From NCBI RefSeq assembly GCF_963921235.1, contig NC_086097.1:217126001-217190000 (forward strand): 64,000 nt of DNA, read 5' to 3'. Below are positions 12,413 through 26,480 of the stretch, one piece after another. Source of the stretch: Mobula hypostoma (lineage: Eukaryota). How positions within the stretch are numbered: the stretch's first letter is position 1; each line of letters begins with the position of its first letter. The position numbers and the translations under genes are program-made. The notes beneath the pieces are model-generated. The model searched no databases. It saw only the letters and a list, made by a program, of their open reading frames with translations, and was not told where the DNA came from.

Positions 12413-12649
12413 TCTTGGGTCCCACACCACCAGATTCAGGAATGGTTGCTGCCTGATAAACACCAGACTCAATTTTGAACTGATTACACAGCCTGTTATG
12501 TATGTTTTTTTTCATGGATTCAATCGTACTTCTTTATTTTACTGTAGGTTCCTGCAGGAAAAGGAATCTCATGGTTGTATATGGTATGCATACTTTGACA
12601 ATAAATTTGCTTTGAATTTGGAACTTTATTTTGAACTAGACCAGACACA

Positions 12650-12990
12650 AATTTGGATGTTATGCAGAATCTAGCAGGAGTTGACTGAGTGATTATTTAA
12701 AGGCAAGTGAATGGTTGTCAAATGGGAGGCTTTTGAAAGGGTCCTATCAGAGACCAGGGACAGCATGTTCCTGTTAAGATGAAAGATAAACTTACCAAGT
12801 TGATGTAACCCTGGCTGACAAGAGATATTGAGGCTCTGGGAAGGAAAAAGATGGAAGTGTACCTCACGTTCAGGCAGCTGGGTATGAATGAATCCCTCGA
12901 GGAATATGAAAAGTTTAAAACCAGGTTTAAGAGTGAAATCAGGAAGGTATAAACAGGGTATGAGATGGATTTAGAAGGCAGGGTCAAAGA
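12650..12990 (+). mobile_element. CR1 ORF2 internal remnant
   Basis: KWEAFE..HVPVKMK..PWLTRDIEAL.RKK motif of the CR1 tether region. Confidence 0.65.
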
Positions 12991-13112
12991 ATCAGAATCT
13001 ATTTGATATCACTAGCATCTGTCATGAAATTTGTTGTTTTGCGGCAGCAGTATAGTGCAATACATTATAATAAAAAAAACTATAAATTACAATCAGAAAT
13101 ATATATATAGAT

Positions 13113-13270
13113 TCAAGCAACACATGCAAAATGCTAGAGGAACTCAGCAGGCCAGGCAACATTGACTGTACTCTTTTCCATAGATGCTGTCTGGCCTGCT
13201 GAGTTCCTCCAGCATTCTGTGTTTGTTGCTTGGTCTTCCAGCATCTGCAGATTTTCTCCTGTTTGTGATT
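13113..13270. mobile_element. Penelope-like terminal fragment with inversion
   Basis: aaatgctagaggaactcagcaggccag and its reverse complement ctggcctgctgagttcctccagcatt form a fold-back. Confidence 0.7.
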
Positions 13271-14569
13271 TCATTCTTCATTGGCAAGCTCCCTTGTCTT
13301 TTCCTATTACTGGGCTACATGTTTTCCAAAGGTTCATGATCAATACCAAAGCAAACAATACGTAAGATTATATTTACAGAACAATTCACTACAACCAAAC
13401 CATACTTTGGTTTCCTCAAGTGATAGAGTTTATTGAGGTTTGGGAAAGGGTGAAGTGAAGAGCCACAAGGTTAATTCCAGTGGAAATTAATTTAGATAAC
13501 AACAGAGAGCCAAAGTTTGTGTTCACTTGGGATTATTGCATTGAATATTACTAAGTAATCTACTCAAACTGTAAATTCTTCAACCTGAGAGATTTAAGAA
13601 ATGACAGCATATACAAGTTAGGTATTGCAGTGCTGGCTTAGTTATTAAATTATCTATTTTCTCAGAGAATCTGGAACATGGGCCAGATGACTGGCTGATG
13701 TCATGAATGTTATATCCATCTTCCATTCTGCAACATTTGAATCAGTTTCTGGCTGGGTGGTGATCATTTCAGTCAATGTAGGGGAGAACTGGATTAAAAA
13801 TCAAGGAAAATCTAACCTTATGAACTGGTTATGATCACTGAAAATTTTCAAAATTTTATTTATTTCTCCAATAGTCCTGGTTTTAACACGTTCCAGTTTC
13901 TTTAAATTTCTCTTGGTTAGAATCTGGCTGTTTCATAACACAAAGCACATCACAAACAAATGCAACAGAATATAAACTATAGACTTTCCATATCTATTGT
14001 ATATGTCTATATATTTATAAAACTAGAATACAAAGAACAGAGGAAACCATCTTAGAGATAACATGGAATAAGCCATAATGTAAATGTAGAGCAAATGCTC
14101 TGTGGGTAAGAAGAGTTCAGGGTCATCATGTTAATGAAATTGAAGGGTATCACCTTAACCCAGATAACCGTTGACATTCAATTTCAAACCCTGACTAATT
14201 TTATTTTCCTTCACTGTCTGACATCAAAATTAGTTCAGGTGCTAAACAAGTGGCAAGCAGCCAATCACTAATAATTGGATGGCTGGAAATTACTCCTAAG
14301 GACTTTGGAAACCAATGCACTAGAAAGGCAATGAAAGATGAAGACATGATTGTCAGGTGAAGAAGCATTAGCACAAAATCAGAGTTCTGGAAGAGTTTGT
14401 GTAGGACAAGATTGTGGGAGACTCTCAAGGAGACCTTTGAACTAGTCAAATCTGAAGGTGATGGCTTCATAGAGCGTTCAACTGCAGGACAGCAAAGATG
14501 TGCTATTGGAAACAGAGATATTGAAACCCATCCAGCACGAAAGCAGACGCAGATTTCTGCCATCTATTT

Positions 14570-14855
14570 AGCGATACAGCGCGAAGTAGGCTTTACCAGC
14601 CCTTCGGGCCACACCACACCAGCAACCCCACAACCCGATTAACCCTAACCTAATCACAGGACAATTTATAATGACTCACTAACCTACTCAGTACACCTTG
14701 GGATTGTGCGAGGAAACCAGAGCACCCTAGGAAAACCCACAATTTCCATGGGGAGGGTGTAGCGACTCCTTACAGAACGGCGCCAGAAGTGAACTCTGAG
14801 ATCGGGAACACCCCGGTGTGTAATTGTGTTATACTAAGCACCATGCTGCCATGGC
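14570..14855 (-). mobile_element. V-SINE / HE1-like SINE
   Basis: gaggaaaccagagcaccctaggaaaacccac matches the V-domain core in reverse; tRNA-like head at the right end. Confidence 0.7.
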
Positions 14856-17721
14856 TTCAATGTATATTCCACATTCCATATATTCCATATATTCCACTGG
14901 TATTTGCTTCCTTATGCAGATAACCTTGCAAGTATTCACAGAGACCACTGATGTGTTTTCTTTCAATTTCTCTCCTTATTGCTATTTAACATTTTTACAA
15001 TTACTTAGACATTTTCCAGTTGATCTCCTTCATTGTTTTCTTTTAAGTCATCCAATACTCATTCTTCCCAACATTGAACAATTCCCTGGAAACATAGACC
15101 TGTAGCTTTTTCAACTGAACAATGAGGGCTCTGATGTCGTTTCAAGTTCATTGTCCTTCAGACAAATACATATATACTGCCAAACAACACAAAGCTCCTC
15201 TGGACCAAGGTGTACAGCATAGTAGATAGAACTTACACACAACACATAAAGTAATACTACCACAAATAAAAAATTAATAAACATATACAGTATTTATAAA
15301 CAATATTCCCTGTTAAACCACCAAATGACAGTTATTTTTAAAAACCATACTCACCAACTTAATTTGAAAAATTCTATAACTGATTCTGTAGATGCTGGCA
15401 GAAAAATACACCAAACATTTTGAGAAATGATTCTCCTAATAATGGAGAGGCAGTGATTTTATCACCGATTCAGGCAAGCATATCCAAATGTAATGTGTGA
15501 AGTGAACTGGATTCAGATATTCAGAACTAAATCTCAACTGTCTCAGTTCGGAAATATTCAGGTTGTTTAACATTGCATTGCCGCTCCTGAGCTTAAAAGC
15601 AATGCTTTCCTCTGTTCTGTGACTCCTTACTCTATCTCCAACCAAAAGTAAGATACAGCACGTTCTTTTGTTTTTCAAATGGACATTGCTGTGGATTGCA
15701 TTAACTTGCAGGACAGGAGAAATTAAGCTTAATAACTTCATTTAGATTGTGGAATCGTTCACTAATACTGGCACAAATGATATATTATCAATTTCTAGCT
15801 TACTAGTGAGTGTAAGCATATGTTCCAACTGTTCCTGAAACTCAAGATCAATGAACTAACAAGTTGCTTGCACAATTATCATTTTCCTGGCAATGCATTC
15901 TTATCCTGTAAATAAATGTCTAATTTTGAGCCCACAGTTCTCTCTTAATAAATACATTCTCTAATCTAATTCTAAAATAGACTTCTTTTGTTTGTATTTT
16001 TACAGATCACAAAACCCTAATTCACATATACAATGCAGTCAGTAAACAACGTAAAGAGGTTTCAGCACAGCAAATACACAAAGTTTGCAGTACACTGTTT
16101 GGGTGCAGTTCCTGAACAGATGGTGTGCAGCATTGCTTAGCAGAGTCAGTTTCTGTCCTGCAATAGCTGTTCAATAGGATTTTTTTTGACTGATCTAAGA
16201 TTTTCCAAGTGAACGTTTGGCAAATCTTTGAGGACTTCATAAATTTATATTAAAAGCAGCAGGAAGAGTGATGACATTCTAAAATCCCTAGGTCTGCTTT
16301 CCTTATTGTAGATTGAAGGGCACCTGTTGCTGGTAGTAATTGGTCCTGGTGGAAATGTTTTACTGTGGAGCCGGCAAACTTGGAGACACCTACAAAAAGG
16401 CTTGCTAAATTTACTAAAAGTTTTCAAAGAATTGTTTTGCTCTGAATTCCATGTGGATTGAAATTGAACTTACTTTTGTCATCTTAAGCGATGCTAAAAC
16501 CACGGGGAAAGATTTCTTCTACTCACCCAGCTCCTCCAACACTTCACACCTGCACCCCCCCATCCTAACTCACACACTCACCTTGCAATAAGGGGTTCAA
16601 AGAAACAATGGAGGAATTCTTGAACAGTATTCTCTACTTTAAAATCAAAATAATGGTGGAGCAGAAAACATTGTAAGGAGAGCATGGCTTCTTCTGTGGA
16701 ACATCATCCAGCAAACGTTTCTGTCAGGACTCACTGTAACTGCCACTCATCCCGTGACTGCGAAATTTATACCCCATCCCTCCAGCTCCTGCATTCTGAG
16801 TGAATATTATTCCTGTATCATTGCATCTCAGACAAACTGTTTGACACCCTTAACATTTTTGATGCATGAAACTCACTTTACAGATTTGCTTTTGCCAGTT
16901 ATTATCTAAGTTGGGCATTATTTCACTGAACAACAACTTTTGTTAGCTTAAATTCAATCTCAACTTGCGGTTCAACATTTTTCTTCAAGGAAATTGTGTT
17001 ATGCATGAAATGTTTTTTTAAAAAATTGGAATCAATGGTGTGTAAAAAAATAAATGCCTGTGATTGGTCACCAATCAGCAGGTCAGAAGTGCGATGTGCT
17101 GAAATCCAAATCATCAGGTTGAGAGAGATGGATTTTCTTGCGGACATGCTGTGGCTTCAGGCTCATTCATATCACGTGGCATATATGAAAGTATACCTCA
17201 TGTCACAATTAATTGGGTGACTAAAGGTTTGTGGTGAATTCATGATGAATGTAAATGTCATAGCAAACAGCGCAATGCCCTGTTTAGAGAACTTAAATCA
17301 AATCTGAATTATCATAGTGACAGGATACTTGGAATGACTAATTTCCTCAAGCTAGTTCCAGTTAAATTAAAGTTGGGAAATTTTAATTTTAAGTAATATA
17401 AGTGTGGGCTTTTCTGGCAGGACCAGCACGTATCACCCATCTTTAACTGCCTATAAGAAAGTAGTATTAAGTTGCCTTCTTGAACTTACCGCAATTCCTA
17501 CAGAAACCATGTTGGAGGTGGTTCGGAGGGAAGGAATTGCTGATGTTTTGGGTTGAAATGCTGCATCAGGACTGAGAGGGGAAAAGCTACTCTGAAGAGT
17601 AGAGGGGGCATGGTGAATCATGGGCCAACAGGTTGTCTGAAGATGGGTGAAGGATGATGGATAGACAGAGCCAGGTGGGGTAGGGGAAGAAGAAGAGGTG
17701 GAGTTAGAAGACTGAGGTAAA

Positions 17722-20112
17722 CATAGAAACATAGAAAATAGGTGCAGGAGTAGGCCATTCGGCCCTTTGAGCCTGCACCACCATTCAGTATGATCATGGC
17801 TGATCATCCAACTCAGAACCCTGCACCAGCCTTCCCTCCATACCCCTGATCCCTTTTGCCACAAGGGCTACATCTAACTCCCTCTTAAATATAGCCAATG
17901 AACTGGCCTCAACTGTTTCCTGTGGCAGAGAATTCCACAGATTCATCACTCTCTGTGTGAAGAAGTTTTTCCTAATCTCGGTCCTAAAAGGCTTCCCCTT
18001 TATCCTCAAACTGTGACCCCTCGTTCTGGACTTCCCCAACATCGGGAACAATCTTCCTACATCTACTCTGTCCAACCCTTTTAGAATTTTATACGTTTCA
18101 ATAAGATTCCCCCTCAATCTTCTAAATTCCAGAGAGTATAAGCCTAGTCGATCCAGTCTTTCATCATATGAAAGTCCTGCCATCCCAGGAATCAATCTGG
18201 TGAACCTTCTTTGCACTCCCTCTATGGCAAGAATCTCCTTTCTCAGATTAGGGGACCAAAACTGCACACAATACTCCAGGTGTGGTCTCACCAAGGCCTT
18301 GTACAACTGCAGTAGTACCTCCCTGCTCCTGTACTCAAATCCTCTTGCATACCATTCGCCTTTTTCACCGCCTGCTGTACCTGCATGCCCACTTTCAATG
18401 ACTGGTGTACAATGACACCCAGGTCTCATTGCACCTCCCCTTTTCCTAATCGGCCACCATTCAGATAATAATCTGTTTTCCTGTTCTTGCCACCAAAGTG
18501 GATAACCTCACGTTTATCCACATTAAATTGCATCAGCCATGAATTTGCCCACTCACCTAACCTATCCAAGTCACCCTGCATCCTCCTAGCATCCTCCTCA
18601 CAGCTAACACTGCCGCCCAGCTTCATGTCATCCGCAAACTTGGAGATGCTGCATTTAATTCCCTCCTCTAAGTCAGTAATATATATTGTAAACAACTGGG
18701 GTCCCAGCACTGAGCCTTGTGGTACCCCACTAGTCACTGCCTACCATGCTGAAAAGGTCCCATTTATTCCCACTCTTTGCTTCCTGTCTGCCAACCAATT
18801 CTCTATCCACATCAATACCTTACCCCCAATACCATGTGCTTTAAGTTTGCACACTAATCTCCTGTGTGGGACCTTGTCAAAAGCCTTTTGAAAATCCAAA
18901 TATACCACATCCACTGGTTCTCCCCTATCCACTCTACTAGTTACATCCTCAAAAAGTTCTATGAGATTTGTCAGACATGATTTTCCTTTCACAAATTCAT
19001 GCTAACTTTGTCTGACGATTTCACCGCTTTCCAAATGTGCTGTTATCACATCTTTGATAACTGACTCTAGCATTTTCCCCACCACCGATGTCAGGCTTAC
19101 CGGTCTATAATTCCCCAGTTTCTCTCTCCCTCCTTTTTTAAAAAGCGGGATTACATTAGCCACCCTCCAATCCTCAGGAACTAATCCAGAATCTAAAGAG
19201 TTTTGAAAAATTATCACTAATGCATCCACTATTTCTTGGGCTACTTCCTTAAGCACTCTGGGATGCAGACCATCTGGCCCTGGGGATTTATCTGCCTTTA
19301 ATCCCTTCAATTTACCTAACACCACTTCCCTACTAACATGTATTTCCCTCAGTTCCTCCATCTCACTAGACCCTCGGTCCCCTACTATTTCCAGAAGATT
19401 ATTTATGTCCTCCTTAGTGAAGACAGAACCAAAGTAGTTATTCAGTTGGTCTGCCATGTCCTTGTTCCCCATGATCAATTCACCTGTTTCTGACTGTAAG
19501 GAACCTACATTTGTCTTAACCAATCTTTTTTCTTTTCACATATCTATAAAAGCTTTTAAGTCAGTTTTTATGTTCCCTGCCAGCTTTCTCTCATAATCTT
19601 TTTTTCCCTTTCCTAATTAAGCCCTTTGTCCTCCTCTGCTGGACTCTAAATTTCTCCCAGTCCTCAGGTGTGCCACTTTTTCTGGCTAATTTGTATGTTT
19701 CTTCTTTGGAATTGATACTATCCCTAATTTCCCTCATCAGCCACGGGTGCACTACCTTCCTTGATTTATTCTTTTGCCAAACCAGGATGAACAATTGTTG
19801 TAGTTCATCCATGCGATCTTTAAATGCTTGCCTTTGCATACCCACCGTCAACCCTTTAAGTATCATTTGCCAGTCTATCTTAGCTAATTCATGTCTCATA
19901 CCTTCGAAGTTACCCTTCTTTGAGTTCAGAACTTTTGTTACTGAATTAACCATATCACTCTCCATCTTAATGGAAAATTCCACCATATTATGGTCACTCT
20001 TCCCCAAGGGGCCTCGCACGACAAGATTGCTAACTAACCCTTCATCATTGCTCAATACCCAGTCGAGAATGGCCTGCTCTCTTGGTTCCTCGACATGCTG
20101 GTTCAGAAAACT
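17722..20112 (-). mobile_element. CR1 LINE, 5'-truncated, with stops and frameshifts
   Basis: Series of minus ORFs (REQAILDWVL, KSPGPDGLHPRVLKE, YLDFQKAFDKVPH, GVPQGSVLGP, FADD); (catagaaa)n tail; candidate TSD AGGTAAA at 17715-17721 and 20113-20119. Confidence 0.97.
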
Positions 20113-20609
20113 AGGTAAATGATAGGTGGAGGCAGGCAAAAGAAAAGCCAGATGCAAACATATGGAGGCAGGGGAAGATGAAGAAGGAGATAACTAGAAC
20201 ATATCAGAAATTAATAGGTGAGGCAATGAGTGACATTTTTCTCTTTTTGAGGGAGTGGAGTCAGCTCATATTTTCATGTTAAAGGAGTCATCCAATGCAA
20301 ATTGAAATGTGCTGAATCGTTTTAATGCAAAATCACTGGAATGCTCTGGCTAGGAGTGGGGGTGGATTCTCAGCAGCTGAGTACATTCAGCATCATGATC
20401 AGTATAACATGGGCCAAATGACTTGTCCAGTGCTGTACTGTTCGATGTACATTTAATGATAATGTTTACAATACTGCAGGTTTAACAACGTGGAGATCTG
20501 ATGGAATGCAGATTTGAGGATTAGGATCAATGGTGATTTCAGTGACCGGTTGTGCTGGGTCAGTTAATTACTGCTGTTATATCCTGCATTTATGAGCATT
20601 TGGAGAAAC

Positions 20610-21822
20610 GTAATGTGAATTCTTTGAGGATGTACCAAAACACATTGATGAAGCTAGAGCAGTGGATGTAGTGTATATAGATTTTAGTAAGGCACTTGAT
20701 AAGGTTCCCCATGCGAGGCTCATTCAGAAAGTGATGAGGCATGGGATCCAAGGAGACCTTGCTTTGTGGATCCTGAATTGGTTTGCCCAGAGAATGCAAA
20801 GGGGGGTTGTAGACAGTTCGTATTCTGCATGGAGGTCGGTGATCAGTGGTATTCTGCAGGGATCTGTTCTGGGACCCCTCCTCTTTTGGATTTTTATAAA
20901 TGACCTGGATGAAGAAGTAGAGGGTGGGTTAGTAAGTTTGCTGCTGACACAAATATTGGGGGTGATGTGGATAGTCTGAAGGGTTGTCAGCGGTTACAGC
21001 GGGACATCGATTGGTTGTAGAACTGGGCTGAGAAGTGGCAGATGAAGTTCAACCCAGATAATTGTGAAGTGGCTCATTTTGGTAGGTCAAGTTTGAAGAT
21101 AGAATATAATATTAATGGTAAGACTCTTGGCAGTGTGGAGGATCAGTGAGATTTTGGAGTCCATGTCCATAGGACACTCATAGCTGCTGCACAGATTGAT
21201 AATGTTGTTAAGAAGGCATACGGTGTGTTGGCATTCATCAACCGTGGGATTGAATTCAAGAGCCGAGAGGTAATGTTATAGCTATACAAGACCTTAGTTA
21301 GACCCCACTTGGAGTACTGTGTACAGTTGTGGTGACCTCACTACAGGAAGGATGTGGTTACCATAGAGAGAAGGCAGAGGAGATTTACAAGGATGTTGCC
21401 TGGATTGGAGAGTGTGCCTTATGAGAATAGGTTGAGTGAACTTGGCCTTTTCTCCGTGGAGCGATAGAGGATGAGAGGTGACCTGATAGAGGTGTATAAG
21501 ATGATGAGAGGCATTGATCATGTGGATAGTCAGAGGCATCTTCCCAGGGCTGAAATGGCTAACATGAGGAGGTATAGTTTTAAAGTGCTTGGAAGTAGGT
21601 ACAGAGGAGATGTCAGGGTTAAGTTTTTCACACAGAAAGTAGTGGGTGTGTGGAATGCACTGTCGACTCTTAGATAGGTACATGGAGCTTAGAAAAATAG
21701 AGGGCTATGCGGTAGGGAAATTCTAGGCAGTTTCTAGAGTAGGTTACGTGGTCGGCACAACATTGTGGGCTGAAGGGCCTGTAATGTGCTGTAGATTTCT
21801 ATGTTCTATGCTCTATGTTCTA
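20610..21822 (+). mobile_element. CR1 LINE (second subfamily), RT + 3'UTR
   Basis: [44 protein letters not shown]; (ttctatg)n tail. Confidence 0.95.
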
Positions 21823-23359
21823 GTATTTGTAAATTGATTGAAAAGTTCAGTAAATTGTGGCTTTTCCTTCCTGATTCACCATTCATAAGAGTGTCTCATT
21901 ATCGTCAGACAACCTGCCTGATAATAGATGTACTTTCCTTTACTTAGAGGATGGCCTTTCATTGCCTCTGCTGAAATCACAGGTGCTGCATCACATGTTC
22001 TAAAAGCAGTTGTAAAAGGGGGGAAAAAAAACACAGCTTTGCAATTCATCACAAGTGGATACACAGGTGCTTATAGAAATGTTGGGTTAGTCAAGTTCAT
22101 TCACTTATTGTGAATCCGTCTCCATCATTTGCCTCCCTTATCTGGTCCATTCCAAAATGAGTTTAACAACCATGCAGCACAATGCTCTGTCCGAACACTT
22201 CAAGTGCAAATAAATTTTTCACAACAACAGCTTTCTCCTAAGTAATCACACAAGGGACTGAAAATGTAATTGTGAACATTGAGCCTTTAGTCAGAATAAA
22301 ATTCTTAACCTTTAATCAACCCCAGGAACTTCCTGACATGTTCACCTCCTTGTCACCGATGAGCTGCTAAAACTCCAGGATACCTCCGCAGGAGGTATTG
22401 GTTTCAACCTGCTGCCAAAATCTCATTAGGTATTAGAGTTCCATATCTATTTTTTTAGAGAGAAAATAACTCAGCTAAAATGGAAAGAGGCAAATTTGAG
22501 GAAATTGGAGTTGCCAGTTTCTTAGTTTGTTAATTTACCCTCCTCCATTCAGTGAAATAAGGTTTATATTCTCCTAATGTCTTAAATTCTACCAGTTGAG
22601 AGCCATGATGTATTTGTTTAAATTTTAAAACATTAGTCTCTTAAAAATATTTGAAGCAATTGTGCTTGGGTCACAGATGCCTACAAGTACTTGTTGTGAT
22701 ATTTGGTCTGCCAGTTCATGGTTCTTATTAGCCCAATTGCAAAAAAAGTCTCCATAAAATTCATCAAAATTCAGCTTTAAATAACATTGGTGGGGTTTAT
22801 ATCTGGAAACAAGCACTAAAACGAAGCCTGCCTGATTCACAGCAGGGTTTCACCAAGCTTTGCTGTACAGTGGAAAAAAGCATCAGCCCTTAAAGGCACA
22901 CTGCCCATGACAGGCACCTCGCAGCTACACACACTTTGGGTGCCATCGAGGAGCAAGCACAGCTCCCACAATCACTTAGGAGGAAGGTCTTCTGGCCAGA
23001 GGTTCTAGGAGATCCACCTAAGACCCACTGAGAAGTGATAGTTCAGAGTGGTGTCAGTACTTTTCTCTAGCCCCTGCACACTTAGACAATGCTACAAGAA
23101 ATTTTGTGTTCATACAAGATGTGTCAGAGAGATCTGCCCTACCACCCCTTACACTTCGGTTAGAAGCTCTTCACAGGAAAGTGAGTGCAGAGAATTGAGT
23201 TATTTCAACAATACGCCACAGAGATGTAGTACGGATTAATTTATTCATGTTTTATAATCTGTGCAGGTGAACCTACATAGAAAGATCTGAGGTGGCTTTA
23301 TGCATCATCTGGCCCCTACCTGCTGTGTACTGCCGCTAAGGACTGCAACATGACAATTT

Positions 23360-23720
23360 AAAGTTGCTGATCCTCTCCACCTTTGATCCCCTTATGAGGA
23401 CTGGGTCATGGACCTCCGGTTTCCTTCTCCTGAACTCAATAATCAGCTCCTTGGTCTTGCTGACATTGAGTGAGAGGTTGTTGCTGTGGCACCACTCAGC
23501 CAGATCTTCATTCTCCTTCCCATATGCTGATTCATCACCACCTTTGATTCAGCCAACAGTGGTGTTGTCAGCAAACTTAAATATGGCATTGGAACTGTGC
23601 TTAGCCTCACAATCATATGTATAAAGCATAAAGTATAAAGCAAGTAGAGTAGGGGGCTGAGCACACAGCCTTGTGGTGCACCTGTGCTGATGGAGATTGT
23701 GAAGGAAATGTTGCCAATAC
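23360..23720 (-). mobile_element. Rex/Babar-like RT fragment
   Basis: GAPQGCVLSPLL..YTYDCEAKHSSNAIFKFADNTTVG on the minus strand. Confidence 0.85.
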
Positions 23721-24609
23721 AAACTCAACATACTTAGCAAGTAATGCTTTATTGTTCTTATTTACTCAAAATATCATTGGCTGTCCGCTTGACGTTTCAA
23801 TTGACTTTAACGACTCTATCAGGAAGGACGATTAACCTTGTGCATAAGGAATTTAAACACATACAATTTACAATGACAAATGTCCGTAACTGATAAACCA
23901 AAGCCAATTCCTTATAAAAAAATAGCAGTTTTGTTCAGACTTCAGAACAGTGTAGGTGACGGGGGTCCCATGCTGTTCTCCTTGTGCACAAGTAGAATAA
24001 AAAGAATGCGAGTGTTCTGAGCCCAGTTATTTTAGCTATTTTAGTTATTTTATTTATTATCAGCAACAACAGTTACTTTGGCACTACTTACTACAAAGGT
24101 TCATTTCATTTATTATCAAAGGATACAATGCTGAAGTTCTTCTTCTCCAGATAGCCACAAAAATCAAGAAAGAAAAGTACAGCAGCACGATCATCAGCCC
24201 CCAAATCCTTCCTCCCTGCACAGGAAATGAACAAACATGGAACAGGTGCATATCCCCCACCCCTGCACAGTGAAGAAAAGGCATGTCTGTTTAAAATATG
24301 AAAGAACTTTTTCAATCAGTGTGTCTCCAGTTCAGCGGAGAAGAAAATGGTGTTGGCCCCTTGAGAATTTACAAATTTATTCACTTCACCAGTGATTGCT
24401 GTGCTTTCAGCTGCCAGGTTCTGTCTGTGGAATTTCCTCCCAAAGAGCTCCTGCCTCTATTTAATACATACCCTAAAATATATCTGTTTCTCTTCTGTGT
24501 TAAATCCTCTGCTTCATTTTTTTCTTGATAACACTCTAGTCAAAGACTTTGCTTTTTTTGCTACAATAAGAGTCAATTTATGTTGTCATTATTAATACTG
24601 ACGTTGGCC

Positions 24610-24752
24610 ACCGGATAGGTACACGGAGCTCAGAAAAACAGAGCGCTATGTGGTAGGGTAATTCTAGGTAGTTTCTAGAGCAGGTTATGCGGTTGGTACA
24701 GCATTGTGGGCCGAAGGGCCTGTAATGTGCTGCAGATTTCTATGTTCTATGT
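24610..24752 (+). mobile_element. CR1 3'UTR fragment
   Basis: Near copy of 21672-21822, including the ttctatg tail. Confidence 0.85.
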
Positions 24753-25237
24753 TACGAGGGGTGATTGATAAGTTCGCGGCCTAGTGTAGAAGGAGTCAAT
24801 TTTAGAAAACCTAGCACATTTATTTTTCAACATAGTCCCCTCCTACATGTACACACTTAGTCCAGCGGTCTTGGAGCATACGGATCCCTTCTTTGTAGAA
24901 GTGGTCCACCGCAGGGGTGATTTGATAAGTTTGTGGCCTTAGATAGAAGGAGATGAGTTATACAGCTCTTCTTGCATGCATGTGTATTTCAACTCTTTGG
25001 TGGTGAAAGTTTGAAGTTAATAACTCATCTCCTTCTACCTTAGGCCACAAACTTATCAATCACCCCTGCTGTGGACAACTTTCTGGAGGTCCAAGATGCC
25101 GACTTCTACAAAGAAGGGATCCGTATGCTTCACAACCGCTGGACGAAGTGTGTAAATGTAGGAAAAATAAATGTGCTAGGTTTTCTAAAATTGACTCATT
25201 CCATCTTAGGCCACAAACTTATCAATCACCCCTCATG
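24753..25237. mobile_element. Palindromic mariner-derived MITE with nested TIRs
   Basis: TA+CGAGGGGTGATTGATAAGTT at left, reverse complement at right, internal TIR copies at ~24912 and ~25070. Arms carry the mariner C-terminus FYKEGIRMLHNRWTKCVNVG. Confidence 0.9.
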
Positions 25238-25399
25238 CAGCCATTCCAGAAATACTGCCATGTTATTGCTGTAAAGTAAGTTTAGTTTGTGAAATTTACA
25301 ATTAATGAATTATGTAATGCATTTTAATTAGTCTCACTTAACACAATTAGCTTAAGAATTCCTGTAATTACATGAATAAATAATGTACCTGTAACAAAT

Positions 25400-26480
25400 G
25401 TACGGATGAGTTTAGGGTATGGATCAGCATGTGGAATTATGACATTGTGGCCAATAGTGAGATTTGGTTGCAGCACAGGCAGAATTGGCAGCTCAATATT
25501 CCGGAGTTCCGCTGTTTTAGATGTGGTAGAGCGGGAGGGATTAAAGGAAAAAGGGTGGTGTTACTAGTCGGGGAAAATGTCACGGCAGCGTTCAGTCAGG
25601 GCAAACTGGAGAGCTCATCTAGTGTGGCATTATGGATAGAACTGAGGAATAAGAAAGGTATGACCACGTTAATGGGATTATCTTATAGGCCACCCAACAG
25701 TCCGCAGAATTTAGGGGAGCAAATTTGTAGAGAGATCACAGACTATTCCAAGAAATGTAAGGTTGCGATAGTAGGTGATTTTAACTTTCCACATATTGAC
25801 TGGGACTCACATACTGTAAAAGGGCTGGAAGGGAAAGAGTTTGTCAAATGTGTTCAGGAGTGTTTCCTTAATCAGTACATAGAAGTCGTAACTAGAGAGC
25901 GTGTGATACTTAATCTCCTATTAGGGAATGAGACAGGGCAGGTGGTAGAAGTTTGTGTAGGGGAACGCTTTGTATCCAGTGATCATAATGCCATTAGTTT
26001 CAAGGCAATTACAGTAAACGATAGGGCTTGCCCTCGGGTTGAGATTCTAAATTGGAGAAAGGCCAACTTTGATGGTATCAGAAAGGATCTGGCAAGTGTC
26101 GATTCAGACAGGTTGTTTTCTAGCAAAGATGCACTTGGGAAGTGGGAGGCCTTCAAAAGTGAAATTTTGAGAGACAAAGCTTGTCAGAATAAAAGGGAAA
26201 GGAATATTAGAGTGGATAACTCTCCAAGGTCTCGGACCCTGTGGCAGGCTGGTGCAGAATCACAAGGGCCTCAGCAGAGACCTTTAAAATATTCTTCACC
26301 ACAGGCGGGGTGCTGGAGGATTGGAGGATAGCTAATGTTGTTCTGTTGTTTAAGAAATGCTCTAGGAATAAGCCAGGAAATTATAGGCCAGTGAGCCTGA
26401 TACCAGAAGTTATTGGAAGGTATTCTAAGGGACCAGATATCTAAGTATTTGGATAGATAGGGACTAAGTCGTGGTAAGTC
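25400..26480 (+). mobile_element. CR1 ORF2 fragment (APE endonuclease), internally deleted
   Basis: YDIVANSEIWL..YRPPNS..IVGDFNFPHIDW..SDHN; later EDWRIANVVLLFKK..PGNYRPVSL. Confidence 0.92.

Noticed and set aside
18487..18891. MPPKWIT... ORFs (also at 2615 and 62870)
   Set aside because: They are antisense shadows of the CR1 RT frame.
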